Positions 19,510 to 28,502 of a stretch of DNA of 43,029 nucleotides are shown one piece after another. The notes below the pieces were generated by a model. The model saw nothing but the letters and a program-made list of their open reading frames with translations, made no database searches and was not told the DNA's origin. This stretch comes from Promethearchaeota archaeon. GTDB lineage: Archaea; Asgardarchaeota; Lokiarchaeia; Sigyniarchaeales; SOKP01. The position numbers and the translations under genes were made by a program. The DNA is taken from the NCBI GenBank assembly GCA_011364975.1, contig RDOE01000021.1, forward strand, positions 1 to 43,029, read 5' to 3'. How positions within the stretch are numbered: position 1 is the first letter of the stretch; each line of letters starts with the position of its first letter.

Positions 19510-20889
19510 ATGTCTAATTTTCATTTATCTAATGAAGAAGAACACAAAGAAGATCCATTAAGACCGAAATACCACTTTTTACCACCATCAAATTGGATGA
19601 ATGACCCAAATGGGCCCATTTTTTACAAGGAAGAATATCATTTATTTTATCAATACAACCCTACTGGAAATCAATGGGGTAACATTCATTGGGGTCATGC
19701 TAAGAGTAAAGATTTGGTATATTGGGAATATCTCCCTATAGCGCTTAGTCCATCTAAAGAAAAAGGTGAAACTCATTGTTTTTCAGGTTGTTGTGTGTTA
19801 GATAATGGTAGACCAATTATTATATATACGAGTGTTGGTCCAAATAAAAGCCCTTCTACAGGAGCGGAACAGTGGCTTGCTTTTAGTAACGTTGAAATGA
19901 TAACCTGGAAAAAATACGAGAAAAATCCCATTATGACAAACTCATTACATGAAAAATTAGAGATTCATGATTGGCGTGATCCCTTTGTTTGGAAAGAAGA
20001 AGATATTTGGTATCTTATCTTAGGTGGACATATCAAAGAACCGGTACAACCTATAGTTTTGCTATATAAATCTTATAATTTATATGATTGGAAATATGTA
20101 GGACCACTCCTTATTGAAGATAAATCTAAAGGAAAGAACTGGGAATGCCCAAACTTCTTCAAGTTAGATGAAAATTATATCCTTATAGTGTCCCCTCATA
20201 ACAGAGTAATTTATTCTATTGGATCTTATGATAATTACCAGTTTAAACCTAACATATGGAATATTTTAGATTATGGAAAGTTATTCTATGCTACTAATGT
20301 TATGAAAGATAAGAATAATAGAATCATTCTATGGGCTTGGATTAAAGCGAAAGGTTCAAAAAATTGGAACGGGTGTTTAACTTTACCAAGAATTATAAGT
20401 TTGTCTCATAATAATAATAAACTAACTTTTAAATTTCCATCAGAATTGCAGAAACTGAGGAAAAGTAAATATTGTATTGAGAATATAAAATTAGATAACC
20501 AAATTATTTATAATCCATTTGACACTAAAGATTTTTGTTTTGAAATTCAGGTAGAATTACAATTAATTAACCTTGAAATTTTTTATATTAAATTAACAAA
20601 GAATAAATCCTTAAGGAAGGAAGAATCGATTGGATTTGATCTTAAAACTAATAATTTTTGGGTGGGAAAAGATAAAGTTCACTATATTCTTCCTTCTGAT
20701 GATAAACTCCTGAAACTTCATATTTATATTGATGTATCAATTATAGAGGTAATAATTAATGATCATGCTTGTATTACTACCCAAATTATCCCAAAAGATA
20801 ATTTTGCAAATAATTTAGAGATAGGTACTGTTAACGGGAGTATAATGATCAGAAAATTATTAATCTGGAATTTAAAATCAATTTGGTAA
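19510..20889 (+). CDS. Glycoside hydrolase family 32 (beta-fructofuranosidase / sucrose-6-phosphate hydrolase)
   Basis: WMNDPNG nucleophile, WGHA.S.DL, FSG, WRDP, WECP acid/base; no signal peptide. Confidence 0.95.
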   Translation: MSNFHLSNEEEHKEDPLRPKYHFLPPSNWMNDPNGPIFYKEEYHLFYQYNPTGNQWGNIHWGHAKSKDLVYWEYLPIALSPSKEKGETHCFSGCCVLDNGRPIIIYTSVGPNKSPSTGAEQWLAFSNVEMITWKKYEKNPIMTNSLHEKLEIHDWRDPFVWKEEDIWYLILGGHIKEPVQPIVLLYKSYNLYDWKYVGPLLIEDKSKGKNWECPNFFKLDENYILIVSPHNRVIYSIGSYDNYQFKPNIWNILDYGKLFYATNVMKDKNNRIILWAWIKAKGSKNWNGCLTLPRIISLSHNNNKLTFKFPSELQKLRKSKYCIENIKLDNQIIYNPFDTKDFCFEIQVELQLINLEIFYIKLTKNKSLRKEESIGFDLKTNNFWVGKDKVHYILPSDDKLLKLHIYIDVSIIEVIINDHACITTQIIPKDNFANNLEIGTVNGSIMIRKLLIWNLKSIW

Positions 20890-20992
20890 AAATTAAGATT
20901 TTTTGAATGAAGAAAAATTGCAAAATATTACTTAAAGATTAACAAATTAATTAAAAAAAGTAAGGAATATGTAAGAAAAAGTTATAATAATC

Positions 20993-21259
20993 TTAAACCG
21001 ATTTTTGAACCTCAAGCTCTTCAAAATTTAACTCTCGCAATTTAATTCTTACTTTACGGGGAGTATATGTATGGTTTAATAATTCAATCACATTTTTATG
21101 AATCGCTTGAATATTATCTAAACCACACTTATAATAAATGTTATTTTCTAGAAAATTGATTCTAAGTATCTCCTTCAATCCATCTAGAGATTCTTTAATA
21201 TTACAATAATAATTATCAAATACATCGTTAATATTTTTTTCATGTGTAGTTTTAGTCAT
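20993..21259 (-). CDS. Hypothetical protein
   Basis: 88-aa ATG ORF with plausible helical composition in an otherwise non-coding gap. Confidence 0.6.
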   Translation of the reverse strand: MTKTTHEKNINDVFDNYYCNIKESLDGLKEILRINFLENNIYYKCGLDNIQAIHKNVIELLNHTYTPRKVRIKLRELNFEELEVQKSV

Positions 21260-21596
21260 TATTGTTTAACCATAAATTTTTTATTTCTCTATGTAAGAAA
21301 AATTCATTTTTATATTTAAATTTAGTCATTTTCCGTTTCTTCCACGACATTTTCATGAACAATCCCAAACACTTAAGTAACGAAAACGGAATTAATATAA
21401 TATTATTTCAATAATATATTTCAATTAAATTCATACAATTAATGAAATCAAATAAATTAAAATAAATGAAAAAGGCATTATTGTTCGGAATCCATCATCA
21501 AATACTATTTATTATGATCAAAATCCTGCCTTGTTAACTAATAATGTACAAAATCAGTCAAAATAATTTAACAAATAAAATGCAAACATCCTAATT

Positions 21597-22103
21597 TTAA
21601 TTATTCAATGTTTTAAAAGGATTAGGTAACCATTTAGGAACTCTTTCTTTATATCTACGATATTCATCTCCGAAATCATCTTCTAAGATTTTTTCTTCGT
21701 AATTTACCATTTTATTATAAATTACAAATATAAAAACTATAATTCCAATACTAATGAGTGAAATTGATAGAAAAATTAAGGCAATATATAACAACAAAAT
21801 TCCCAAATACATAGGATTTCTAACAAAGCGAAAAATTCCGGTTATAATTAGATGATCTGGCGGTTCATGGGAGTGGAATAAAGTTTTATGAGATATAAAG
21901 ATAAAACTAAGCGCGATAATTAGGATAATTATAAATATCAGAATCCGAATTATTAATAGGATAAAATTGTTAAAGAAAATGGATACCTGAAATATACTCG
22001 AATCGAGGAACCAAATTATGATAAAAACTATAGGGGAACCTATTAAATATAGATGAGTATGAGGCATTTCTCGTTCTTTTCCGACTTTATGATTGGATTT
22101 CAT
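21597..22103 (-). CDS. Isoprenylcysteine carboxyl methyltransferase / PEMT family membrane methyltransferase
   Basis: LIITGIFRFVRNPMYLG, EEKIL...FG.EY..Y...VP.W.P. Confidence 0.87.
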   Translation of the reverse strand: MKSNHKVGKEREMPHTHLYLIGSPIVFIIIWFLDSSIFQVSIFFNNFILLIIRILIFIIILIIALSFIFISHKTLFHSHEPPDHLIITGIFRFVRNPMYLGILLLYIALIFLSISLISIGIIVFIFVIYNKMVNYEEKILEDDFGDEYRRYKERVPKWLPNPFKTLNN

Positions 22104-22226
22104 AATAAAACCACATTAAAGATATAGACGGTTATAATAAAATGTGAATTAATCTAATTATATAATTTTTAGGACTAAACATACTATTCATAAAATTATC
22201 CGGTGGGTAATTTAAATCCTAAAAAA

Positions 22227-22290
22227 ATAGATAAAAATTTAAATACAACTTCCATACTTAATTATCCATATCTTATAAAAAGATATTTTT
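22227..22290 (+). repeat. Duplicated upstream/promoter region, copy 1
   Basis: ATAGATAAAAATTTAAATACAACTT (25 bp) and CTTAATTATCCATA (14 bp) are identical to copy 2 at 22773; contains a BRE/TATA-like GATAAAAA-TTTAAATA. Confidence 0.8.
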
Positions 22291-22326
22291 TGAAATCTTA
22301 ACAATTAAGAAAATAGAGGAATCGAA

Positions 22327-22605
22327 ATGTCAAATACTAATGGAATTATTTCGTTAATTGTTGCTTTAGTAGGATTGTTTATTAGTTGGTTTTTAGTATT
22401 TTTCTTTTTCATTGGATTTATCTTTCCAGTAGTAGCAATAATTTTTGGAGCTATCGGTATTAGCAGAGATGATTCAAAGGGTATGGCAATAGCGGGTTTG
22501 GTAATTGGTATTATTGATTTACTGTGTCTAATTTTAGTAATCTTTCTCTTAGCAGCATTTATAGCGGCCCTTTTTGGAGGTTTCGGAGGATTTCTTCCAA
22601 TGTAA
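22327..22605 (+). CDS. Small membrane protein, DUF4190-like (paralog 1)
   Basis: GIISLIVA..., AIIFGAIGI, GMAIAGLVIG; paralog of 22871-23137. Confidence 0.8.
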   Translation: MSNTNGIISLIVALVGLFISWFLVFFFFIGFIFPVVAIIFGAIGISRDDSKGMAIAGLVIGIIDLLCLILVIFLLAAFIAALFGGFGGFLPM

Positions 22606-22772
22606 TAAAGGCAGGTGATTATGCTTATATAACATTTAGAGTCCATCGATCAGTCAGGTTTTCTGATGTGATTATATTTTAATGAAATATTCTAGATTTC
22701 TACTAATAAGCTAATGATTTAAATATACTATTAATATAATTAACCGTTGAGTAAACTTAGTTCAAGAAAAAG

Positions 22773-22836
22773 ATAGATAAAAATTTAAATACAACTTACG
22801 TTCTTAATTATCCATACATTTTAAAAGATGTATTTA
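22773..22836 (+). repeat. Duplicated upstream/promoter region, copy 2
   Basis: Matches 22227-22290 at an offset of 546 bp, close to the 544-bp offset between the two gene starts. Confidence 0.8.
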
Positions 22837-22870
22837 TAAAAAATTTATTAACGTAAAAAAGTGAAATTAG

Positions 22871-23137
22871 ATGGGAAATACTTTTGGAATAATAGGATTA
22901 ATTTTAGCAATAGTCGCGTTATGTGTATCTTGGATAATACCAATTCCTTTTAGCGTTTGGATTTTTCCTATACTTGCTATAGTAATTAGTGCAATTGGAA
23001 TTGCAAAAGATGATAAAAATGGTATGGCGATTGCGGGATTAGTAATTGGTATAATAGCCTTAGTTTGCTGGGGTTTCTTGGGATTCATTATCTTAGCTTT
23101 TTTCCTCGGGTTTCTTGGACTAAGTGGATTATTTTAG
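22871..23137 (+). CDS. Small membrane protein, DUF4190-like (paralog 2)
   Basis: AIVISAIGI.KDD..GMAIAGLVIG shared with paralog 1. Confidence 0.8.
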   Translation: MGNTFGIIGLILAIVALCVSWIIPIPFSVWIFPILAIVISAIGIAKDDKNGMAIAGLVIGIIALVCWGFLGFIILAFFLGFLGLSGLF

Positions 23138-23174
23138 GTAAAAAGCACATTTCTAATAAAAATAAGTCATTCAA

Positions 23175-23187
23175 TTTTTTTTTTTTT
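23175..23187 (+). terminator. Poly-T archaeal terminator candidate
   Basis: T13 run 38 nt after the stop codon at 23137. Confidence 0.5.
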
Positions 23188-23334
23188 ATTATTTTAAATG
23201 ATTCATTAAACTAAACTCTTATAATTAATAAATTATTTTTAGGTTATTGTATCAAATAATATCATATATTCGTCAAAATGTATTTAGATATCTAATAAGT
23301 CAACTGAAGGCAAGCAGATAAAATTGGATTAATA

Positions 23335-23973
23335 TTGGATAAAATGCAACAGAAGAGAAAAAATATAAAAAAGGCAATTTTTCATTTTTTAAGTTTCTGG
23401 CCCTTAGTATTAAGTCATCATCCAGAATGTGAAAGATTTAAGGGTCATACGCTTAATTTTGGTAAATTTCATTTATGTATTGGGTGTTTTGTGGGATATC
23501 CTACCGCAATTATTGGTATTTTTCTTATATCTTCTTTTAATATTTCAAGTCTAATACCTTATCAATCATTTCTAATAATAGGACTTGGGCTATTATCAAC
23601 ATTCTTCTTAAGTATTATTAACTTAACTAAAATTAAGGTTGTCAAAATAATACAAAAGTTTTTAATGGGTATAGGGGCATCCTTCCTTTTTTGGTGGATA
23701 TGGTATGGGGAAACTTCTATAAATGTTAGATTTTATACCTTTTCTTACACCTTCAGCATTATTTTGGGCATTCTGAATTTTTATCATGTTTATGGTTTTT
23801 TTACTACATGTTATAAGTGTAATACTCCTTTTGCTTGGGGTTCTTGCTCAGGCTTTAACTTTCTTAGAGCTTATGAGGATAAGCATAACTTAAGAAATCT
23901 ATTTGTGGGAATGGATAGTTATACCCAAAAAGTATTAAGAAAAAGAGAAGAGAAAAAACTTAAAAAATCTTAA
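23335..23973 (+). CDS. Membrane protein with His/Cys motifs (DUF2085-like, putative metal-binding)
   Basis: SHHPEC...H...LCIGC before 4 TM helices and CYKC....C after them; the start may be the ATG at 23344. Confidence 0.6.
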   Translation: MDKMQQKRKNIKKAIFHFLSFWPLVLSHHPECERFKGHTLNFGKFHLCIGCFVGYPTAIIGIFLISSFNISSLIPYQSFLIIGLGLLSTFFLSIINLTKIKVVKIIQKFLMGIGASFLFWWIWYGETSINVRFYTFSYTFSIILGILNFYHVYGFFTTCYKCNTPFAWGSCSGFNFLRAYEDKHNLRNLFVGMDSYTQKVLRKREEKKLKKS

Positions 23974-23974
23974 C

Positions 23975-25039
23975 TTACTTTAAAAGAAGTTCCCAATTAA
24001 TATGTTCTTTTACAAGTTTATGAACAATTTTGACTTCTTCTTCTTGAATACCTGGTTTTAAGCGTTCCATGTTTCTTATGGTTGTATAAGTATCAGAAGG
24101 GCTAAGAATTATTGGGACACCTCGTTCGTTCGCTTCATATATCACTTTGACATCCGGTTGTATAAAACCAGTCAAAACTAAAGCCAATACATTTTCATTT
24201 AAGGAAGCAAGAATTACATCAGTTCGATCTCCTCCTGTAATAACTACCGCTTTTTTAACTGACCTCAAATATTTCAAAGCAGCTTGAACATGCATTGCGG
24301 CTATAATATAGGTTTCTACAACAGCATTCAATCCCTCTATCGCAGCTTCATTTATTAATTCTCCACCAATTGCCTCCATAATTTCGGATACACGGGGGGA
24401 TAACAATTCTATACTTTTTTCAATAAGTCCAATAATAGAAATATTATAACGCTTGATATGATTTTCATTTAATTCCTCAATTCGTGCTTTATAATCATGA
24501 TCTATTTTGTTAAAAATAACTCCTTTTATTTTCATATCTCTATACTCGAAATATTTCTTGGTGAAGAAAAGATCATCAATACATTTATCAGAAGACTTGG
24601 TTTGGATAAATACTACCTCGTTAATTCCCAGACTTTGGGCAATTGTAACATCGTCTAATCCAACTCGAATGTATTTCTTAATGCTTGGAGCACCCTCAAT
24701 AATGATGTAATCATAGTTTTTGCTAAGCTGATCAAATGCATCTTTAACAATCTTTAAATTCTGTTCCTTTTTAGAAGAATCAATTAAATCTACATAATAG
24801 CAGTCGGGTATAGACACTGGACTTATAATATCATAAGGAAGATCAGTTTTAAATACAGTACTCTGTATAAAACCAACATCTCGGTCTGCCTTATTTGAAA
24901 ATGCTCCTTTAGGAACACCTATTGGTTTGAAATACGCAACTTTCTTACCTTCTTCCTGTAATTTCAACATAATGCCTATAGAAAGAAGACTTTTTCCAAC
25001 ATGTTCATTTAAAGAACATAAATATATTCCTTTTGCCAT
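23975..25039 (-). CDS. Phosphotransacetylase N-terminal-like (BioD-like P-loop + DRTGG) protein
   Basis: GKS, YFKPIG, IIIEG, GVIFNK, VITGGDRTD, LVLTG; lacks the Pta catalytic domain. Confidence 0.88.
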   Translation of the reverse strand: MAKGIYLCSLNEHVGKSLLSIGIMLKLQEEGKKVAYFKPIGVPKGAFSNKADRDVGFIQSTVFKTDLPYDIISPVSIPDCYYVDLIDSSKKEQNLKIVKDAFDQLSKNYDYIIIEGAPSIKKYIRVGLDDVTIAQSLGINEVVFIQTKSSDKCIDDLFFTKKYFEYRDMKIKGVIFNKIDHDYKARIEELNENHIKRYNISIIGLIEKSIELLSPRVSEIMEAIGGELINEAAIEGLNAVVETYIIAAMHVQAALKYLRSVKKAVVITGGDRTDVILASLNENVLALVLTGFIQPDVKVIYEANERGVPIILSPSDTYTTIRNMERLKPGIQEEEVKIVHKLVKEHINWELLLK

Positions 25040-25108
25040 TTTTTATCTCTTTTTTTTAATCCAATTTCTGTAATATTTTATTCTTCTTTTATTTTTTCGG
25101 TTAATTTA

Positions 25109-27289
25109 TTATCGTGAAATAGTTATTTTAATATCAACAGCGGAATAACCATTAATAAAACTTAATAAAGGATTTATATCCAATTCTATAATTCCAGGAA
25201 ATTCATTTACCAACTGCGAAAGTCTTAATAAAACTTCAATTACTGAGTTAATGTCTGAAGGGCTTTCGCCCCTTACTCCCTGTAATAAATTAAAGATTTT
25301 GGTTTTTTGAAGAAGTTCTACTGCATCCTTTCTCGTGAATTTATATGATAAATCAAAAGCTACATCTTTAAGAAAATTTGCATAGATTCCACCTGATCCA
25401 ATCATAAGAAGAGGTCCAAATTGTGGATCACGCGACATTCCAATAATTAATTCATTCACTTTTTTTTCTTTGCTAAAATCTATCATTTCCTGGACTTCAA
25501 CTCCATAAATCTTGGCAGTATGAGGCCCAAATTTCTTTACATTATCTACAATTTGAATAAATGCCTCAAATGCTTGCTCAGGAGTTTCTATATTTAATAA
25601 TATACCACCCACATCAGTCTTATGTATAATTTGGGGGCTAACAATTTTCATAACTACTTTTCCAGTAGATTTTCCAATTTCTTTCTGTAATTCCATAGCT
25701 TCTCTCGGAGTTTGTGCTAATCTAGATTGTGGTGAATTTATTCCATAACATGCAAAAATCTCATTTGTTTCATGACTTAATAAAACAGTTCTTCCATCAT
25801 TTCTAGCTTCTTCAATAATCTCCTTAACTCTTTTATTGTTAACACTAAATTTAGAAGGCTCGATTTGGCTTAATGGTTTACTATTTAGAAATTGTCTGTA
25901 TATTACCATTGCTTTTAACGATTGAGCAGCCCTCTCTGGAAATGGAAAACAAGGAATACGATGATCTTCGAGATATTTAACTGCACTCTTAATTGAGATT
26001 CCTCCGATGAAAGAACATATTAATGGTTTATCTTTTAATGACTTAGATGATATTTCATAAATTAATTCAGCAACATCAAGCGGACGTGTTTGTGCTTGAG
26101 GACTCATTAAAATTAGCGCACCATAAGTAGTTATGTCGTCTTGGTTAATCTTTAGAGTTGAATTTTCATTATTTAACCCAAAAACTGTCTTAATTGTGAA
26201 TTTATATCTTTCAGGAGGTGCATCTCCTATTATATCTATTGGGTTAAAGATAGCTGCCTCAGGTGGAAGTTTTTCCCTTAAAGCATGCAATATTGGCTCT
26301 GAAAATTGAGCAAAATTCAGATTTTCTCGCTCAAAAGCATCCGTAGCGACAATCCCAGGACCACCTGCATTGGTTATAATTGCAAAAGAATTTTTATCTG
26401 GGATCGGTTGATAAAGAAAGATCTCCCCATAATCAAAAAGATCCTCCATAGTTTTAGCTCTAATGATTCCACATTTCCCAAAAGCTAACTCATAAGCAAT
26501 ATCGGCCCCTGCCAAAGCACCAGTATGACTAGATGCAGCTCTAGCACCCGCTGCACTAACTCCTGATTTTAAAATTACTATAGGCTTTTTTCTTGCGGCG
26601 CTTGGAACAACTTCCAAAAATTTCTGACCATTTTCAATACTTTCCAGATAACATAATATAACGTTAGTATTTTCATCCTCAGCAAGATAATTAATAAAGT
26701 CTACTTCATCCATGTCTGCTTTATTACCTAAACTTATATTACAAGAAAAGCCAAAAGCCTGTTCCATTGAATAATCCATCATTGCCGTTAAAAATGCTCC
26801 AGATTGAGAAATCATAGCAATATGGCCTTTTTTAGGAGTATTAGCTGCGAATGACCCATTATAATTAATACCAATGAATCCCAAACAATTTGGTCCTATG
26901 ATTCGCATCTTATATTTTTTTGCAATTTTTTTTAATTCTTCTTCCCGTTTAACCCCCTCACCACCAATTTCTTTAAAACCCGCGGTAATTATGACCAATC
27001 CTTTAACATGCTTTTCTCCACATTCTTTAACAACTTCCAACACATAATTACTGGGGATAACTACTATTGCAACTTCAATATCATAAGGAACTTGTAATAT
27101 ATTTTTATAAACCTTATGACCAAGTATTTCGGTAGCATTTGGGTTAATAGGATAAAGATTTCCGGAATAATTTGATTCAATGATGTTTTTTAAAACATTA
27201 TAACCGACTTTTCCCTCTGTTGGGCTCGCACCGATAATAGCAATACTTTTCGGATTAAAAAAGAAGGAAATGTCTGTGTTTTTACTCAT
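25109..27289 (-). CDS. acdAB: ADP-forming acetate/acyl-CoA ligase, fused alpha-beta
   Basis: IIGAS, YPINP, ITAGFKE, GPNCLG, SQSGA, SSHTGALAG (phospho-His), TNAGGPG, NPID, KIVSP.IIHKTDVGG, DPQFGP, ELDINP. Confidence 0.93.
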   Translation of the reverse strand: MSKNTDISFFFNPKSIAIIGASPTEGKVGYNVLKNIIESNYSGNLYPINPNATEILGHKVYKNILQVPYDIEVAIVVIPSNYVLEVVKECGEKHVKGLVIITAGFKEIGGEGVKREEELKKIAKKYKMRIIGPNCLGFIGINYNGSFAANTPKKGHIAMISQSGAFLTAMMDYSMEQAFGFSCNISLGNKADMDEVDFINYLAEDENTNVILCYLESIENGQKFLEVVPSAARKKPIVILKSGVSAAGARAASSHTGALAGADIAYELAFGKCGIIRAKTMEDLFDYGEIFLYQPIPDKNSFAIITNAGGPGIVATDAFERENLNFAQFSEPILHALREKLPPEAAIFNPIDIIGDAPPERYKFTIKTVFGLNNENSTLKINQDDITTYGALILMSPQAQTRPLDVAELIYEISSKSLKDKPLICSFIGGISIKSAVKYLEDHRIPCFPFPERAAQSLKAMVIYRQFLNSKPLSQIEPSKFSVNNKRVKEIIEEARNDGRTVLLSHETNEIFACYGINSPQSRLAQTPREAMELQKEIGKSTGKVVMKIVSPQIIHKTDVGGILLNIETPEQAFEAFIQIVDNVKKFGPHTAKIYGVEVQEMIDFSKEKKVNELIIGMSRDPQFGPLLMIGSGGIYANFLKDVAFDLSYKFTRKDAVELLQKTKIFNLLQGVRGESPSDINSVIEVLLRLSQLVNEFPGIIELDINPLLSFINGYSAVDIKITISR

Positions 27290-27441
27290 GTTATGACAAA
27301 ATTTGATTGATATTATGTTATTTATTAAAAGATATCATAACAAATAACTTTAAAGTTTTTAATTTTTAAGTAGCTTTAATATGATATATATCAAATTTAT
27401 TTATTGAATATTAAATTTAAAAAACAAGTGAATATAAAATT

Positions 27442-27918
27442 ATGACTAAGATAAGTATTCTTACGAATAAAGGAAATATTAACCTAAACTTATTCGATGA
27501 TGAGGCTCCTTTAACGGTGGCAAGTTTTCTCTTTTTAATCAAGAAAGGATTCTATAATGGGCTCTCTTTTCATAGGGTTATCAGTGATTTTATGATTCAA
27601 GGAGGAGATCCTTTAGGCAATGGAACTGGTGGTCCAAAATCAGTAGGCATAACTTCCTTTTCTCATCAAGGAAGAGAAATCGGTTACCCTTTCTCTGATG
27701 AATTCAAATCAGGAAAAAAATTTGGAAAGCCGGGAATTTTAGCCATGGCAAATGCTGGGCCCAATACGAATGGATCGCAATTCTTCATTACCCACGTTCC
27801 TACTCCTTGGTTAAATAATAAACATACCATTTTTGGGGAAGTAATTGGCCCTAAAGATCAAGAAGTGGTGAATTCCATCCATCAAGGAGATAAAATTCAC
27901 AAAATTGAGATAAAATAA
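27442..27918 (+). CDS. Cyclophilin-type peptidyl-prolyl cis-trans isomerase
   Basis: FHRVISDFMIQGGDP.G.GTGGP, AMANAGPNTNGSQFFITH, WL..KHTIFG. Confidence 0.95.
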   Translation: MTKISILTNKGNINLNLFDDEAPLTVASFLFLIKKGFYNGLSFHRVISDFMIQGGDPLGNGTGGPKSVGITSFSHQGREIGYPFSDEFKSGKKFGKPGILAMANAGPNTNGSQFFITHVPTPWLNNKHTIFGEVIGPKDQEVVNSIHQGDKIHKIEIK

Positions 27919-27997
27919 ATCAAAAATGGAATTTAATAAATTAAACAAACTTTTTTTATATTTTTTTGATTAACTGAGCTAAATTTGAGATATTTAT

Positions 27998-28198
27998 TTA
28001 GTAATCGTCATCATCAAAATCATCAAAGTCATCATCACCAGAATCATCATCATCGTCCCATTCACCATCGTTTAGATCATCATCTTCATCCCATTCATCA
28101 TCATAATCTTCCCAATCTTCATCATCATCAAAATCATCTTCATCATCATCGTCTTCTCTTCCACCATATCCGGGAGCATTTAGATCCTCATTATTCAT
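27998..28198 (-). CDS. Ultra-acidic low-complexity small protein (41/66 residues D/E, interspersed W/F/Y)
   Basis: ATG start, uninterrupted frame, GAT/GAA-rich with synonymous variation and regularly spaced aromatic codons. Confidence 0.72.
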   Translation of the reverse strand: MNNEDLNAPGYGGREDDDDEDDFDDDEDWEDYDDEWDEDDDLNDGEWDDDDDSGDDDFDDFDDDDY

Positions 28199-28502
28199 AG
28201 TCTTTAAACCTATTTTTTATTTAAATCATTAATTATATTATATTTGATTTTAATTAGGTATTTTTCTAATACAAATAGATAAAAATATCTTTTTTAAATA
28301 TTACGATCTTTAAAGCTAGGTATCTAGATATAGAAATTAAATATCCCATAGATATCTTTAACAATTAGTAAATTGAATAAAAAGTCTTATTTAGATATTA
28401 TTAAAATAGATTAACCCAATATTTCCTAATTGACTTATGTGAAGATTTATTAACAAATTTCTTTTTTAATAATTCATAATAAATTGAAAATGTAATAATA
28501 TA

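Noticed and set aside
21597-22103. ICMT-family enzyme as evidence of GTPase prenylation
   Set aside because: Neither GTPase in the window ends in a CAAX/CC motif, and this family is widespread in prokaryotes with other substrates
22615-22666. Possible C/D box sRNA (GTGATTA...TCGATCA...CTGA)
   Set aside because: C and C' boxes are degenerate, there is no clear D' box or terminal stem, and no target could be verified
22305-23088. Minus-strand ORFs 22305-22646 and 22867-23088
   Set aside because: Shadows of the hydrophobic plus-strand paralogs, which carry the conserved motif and duplicated promoters
27985-28200. 71-aa His-rich ORF on the plus strand, tempting as a nickel-storage protein near cooC/hyp genes
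   Set aside because: It is the antisense shadow of the Asp-rich ORF (GAT runs read as CAT). It has a TTG start directly after the cyclophilin T-tract, while the minus ORF has an ATG and a distinct leader. Not formally excluded without expression data.
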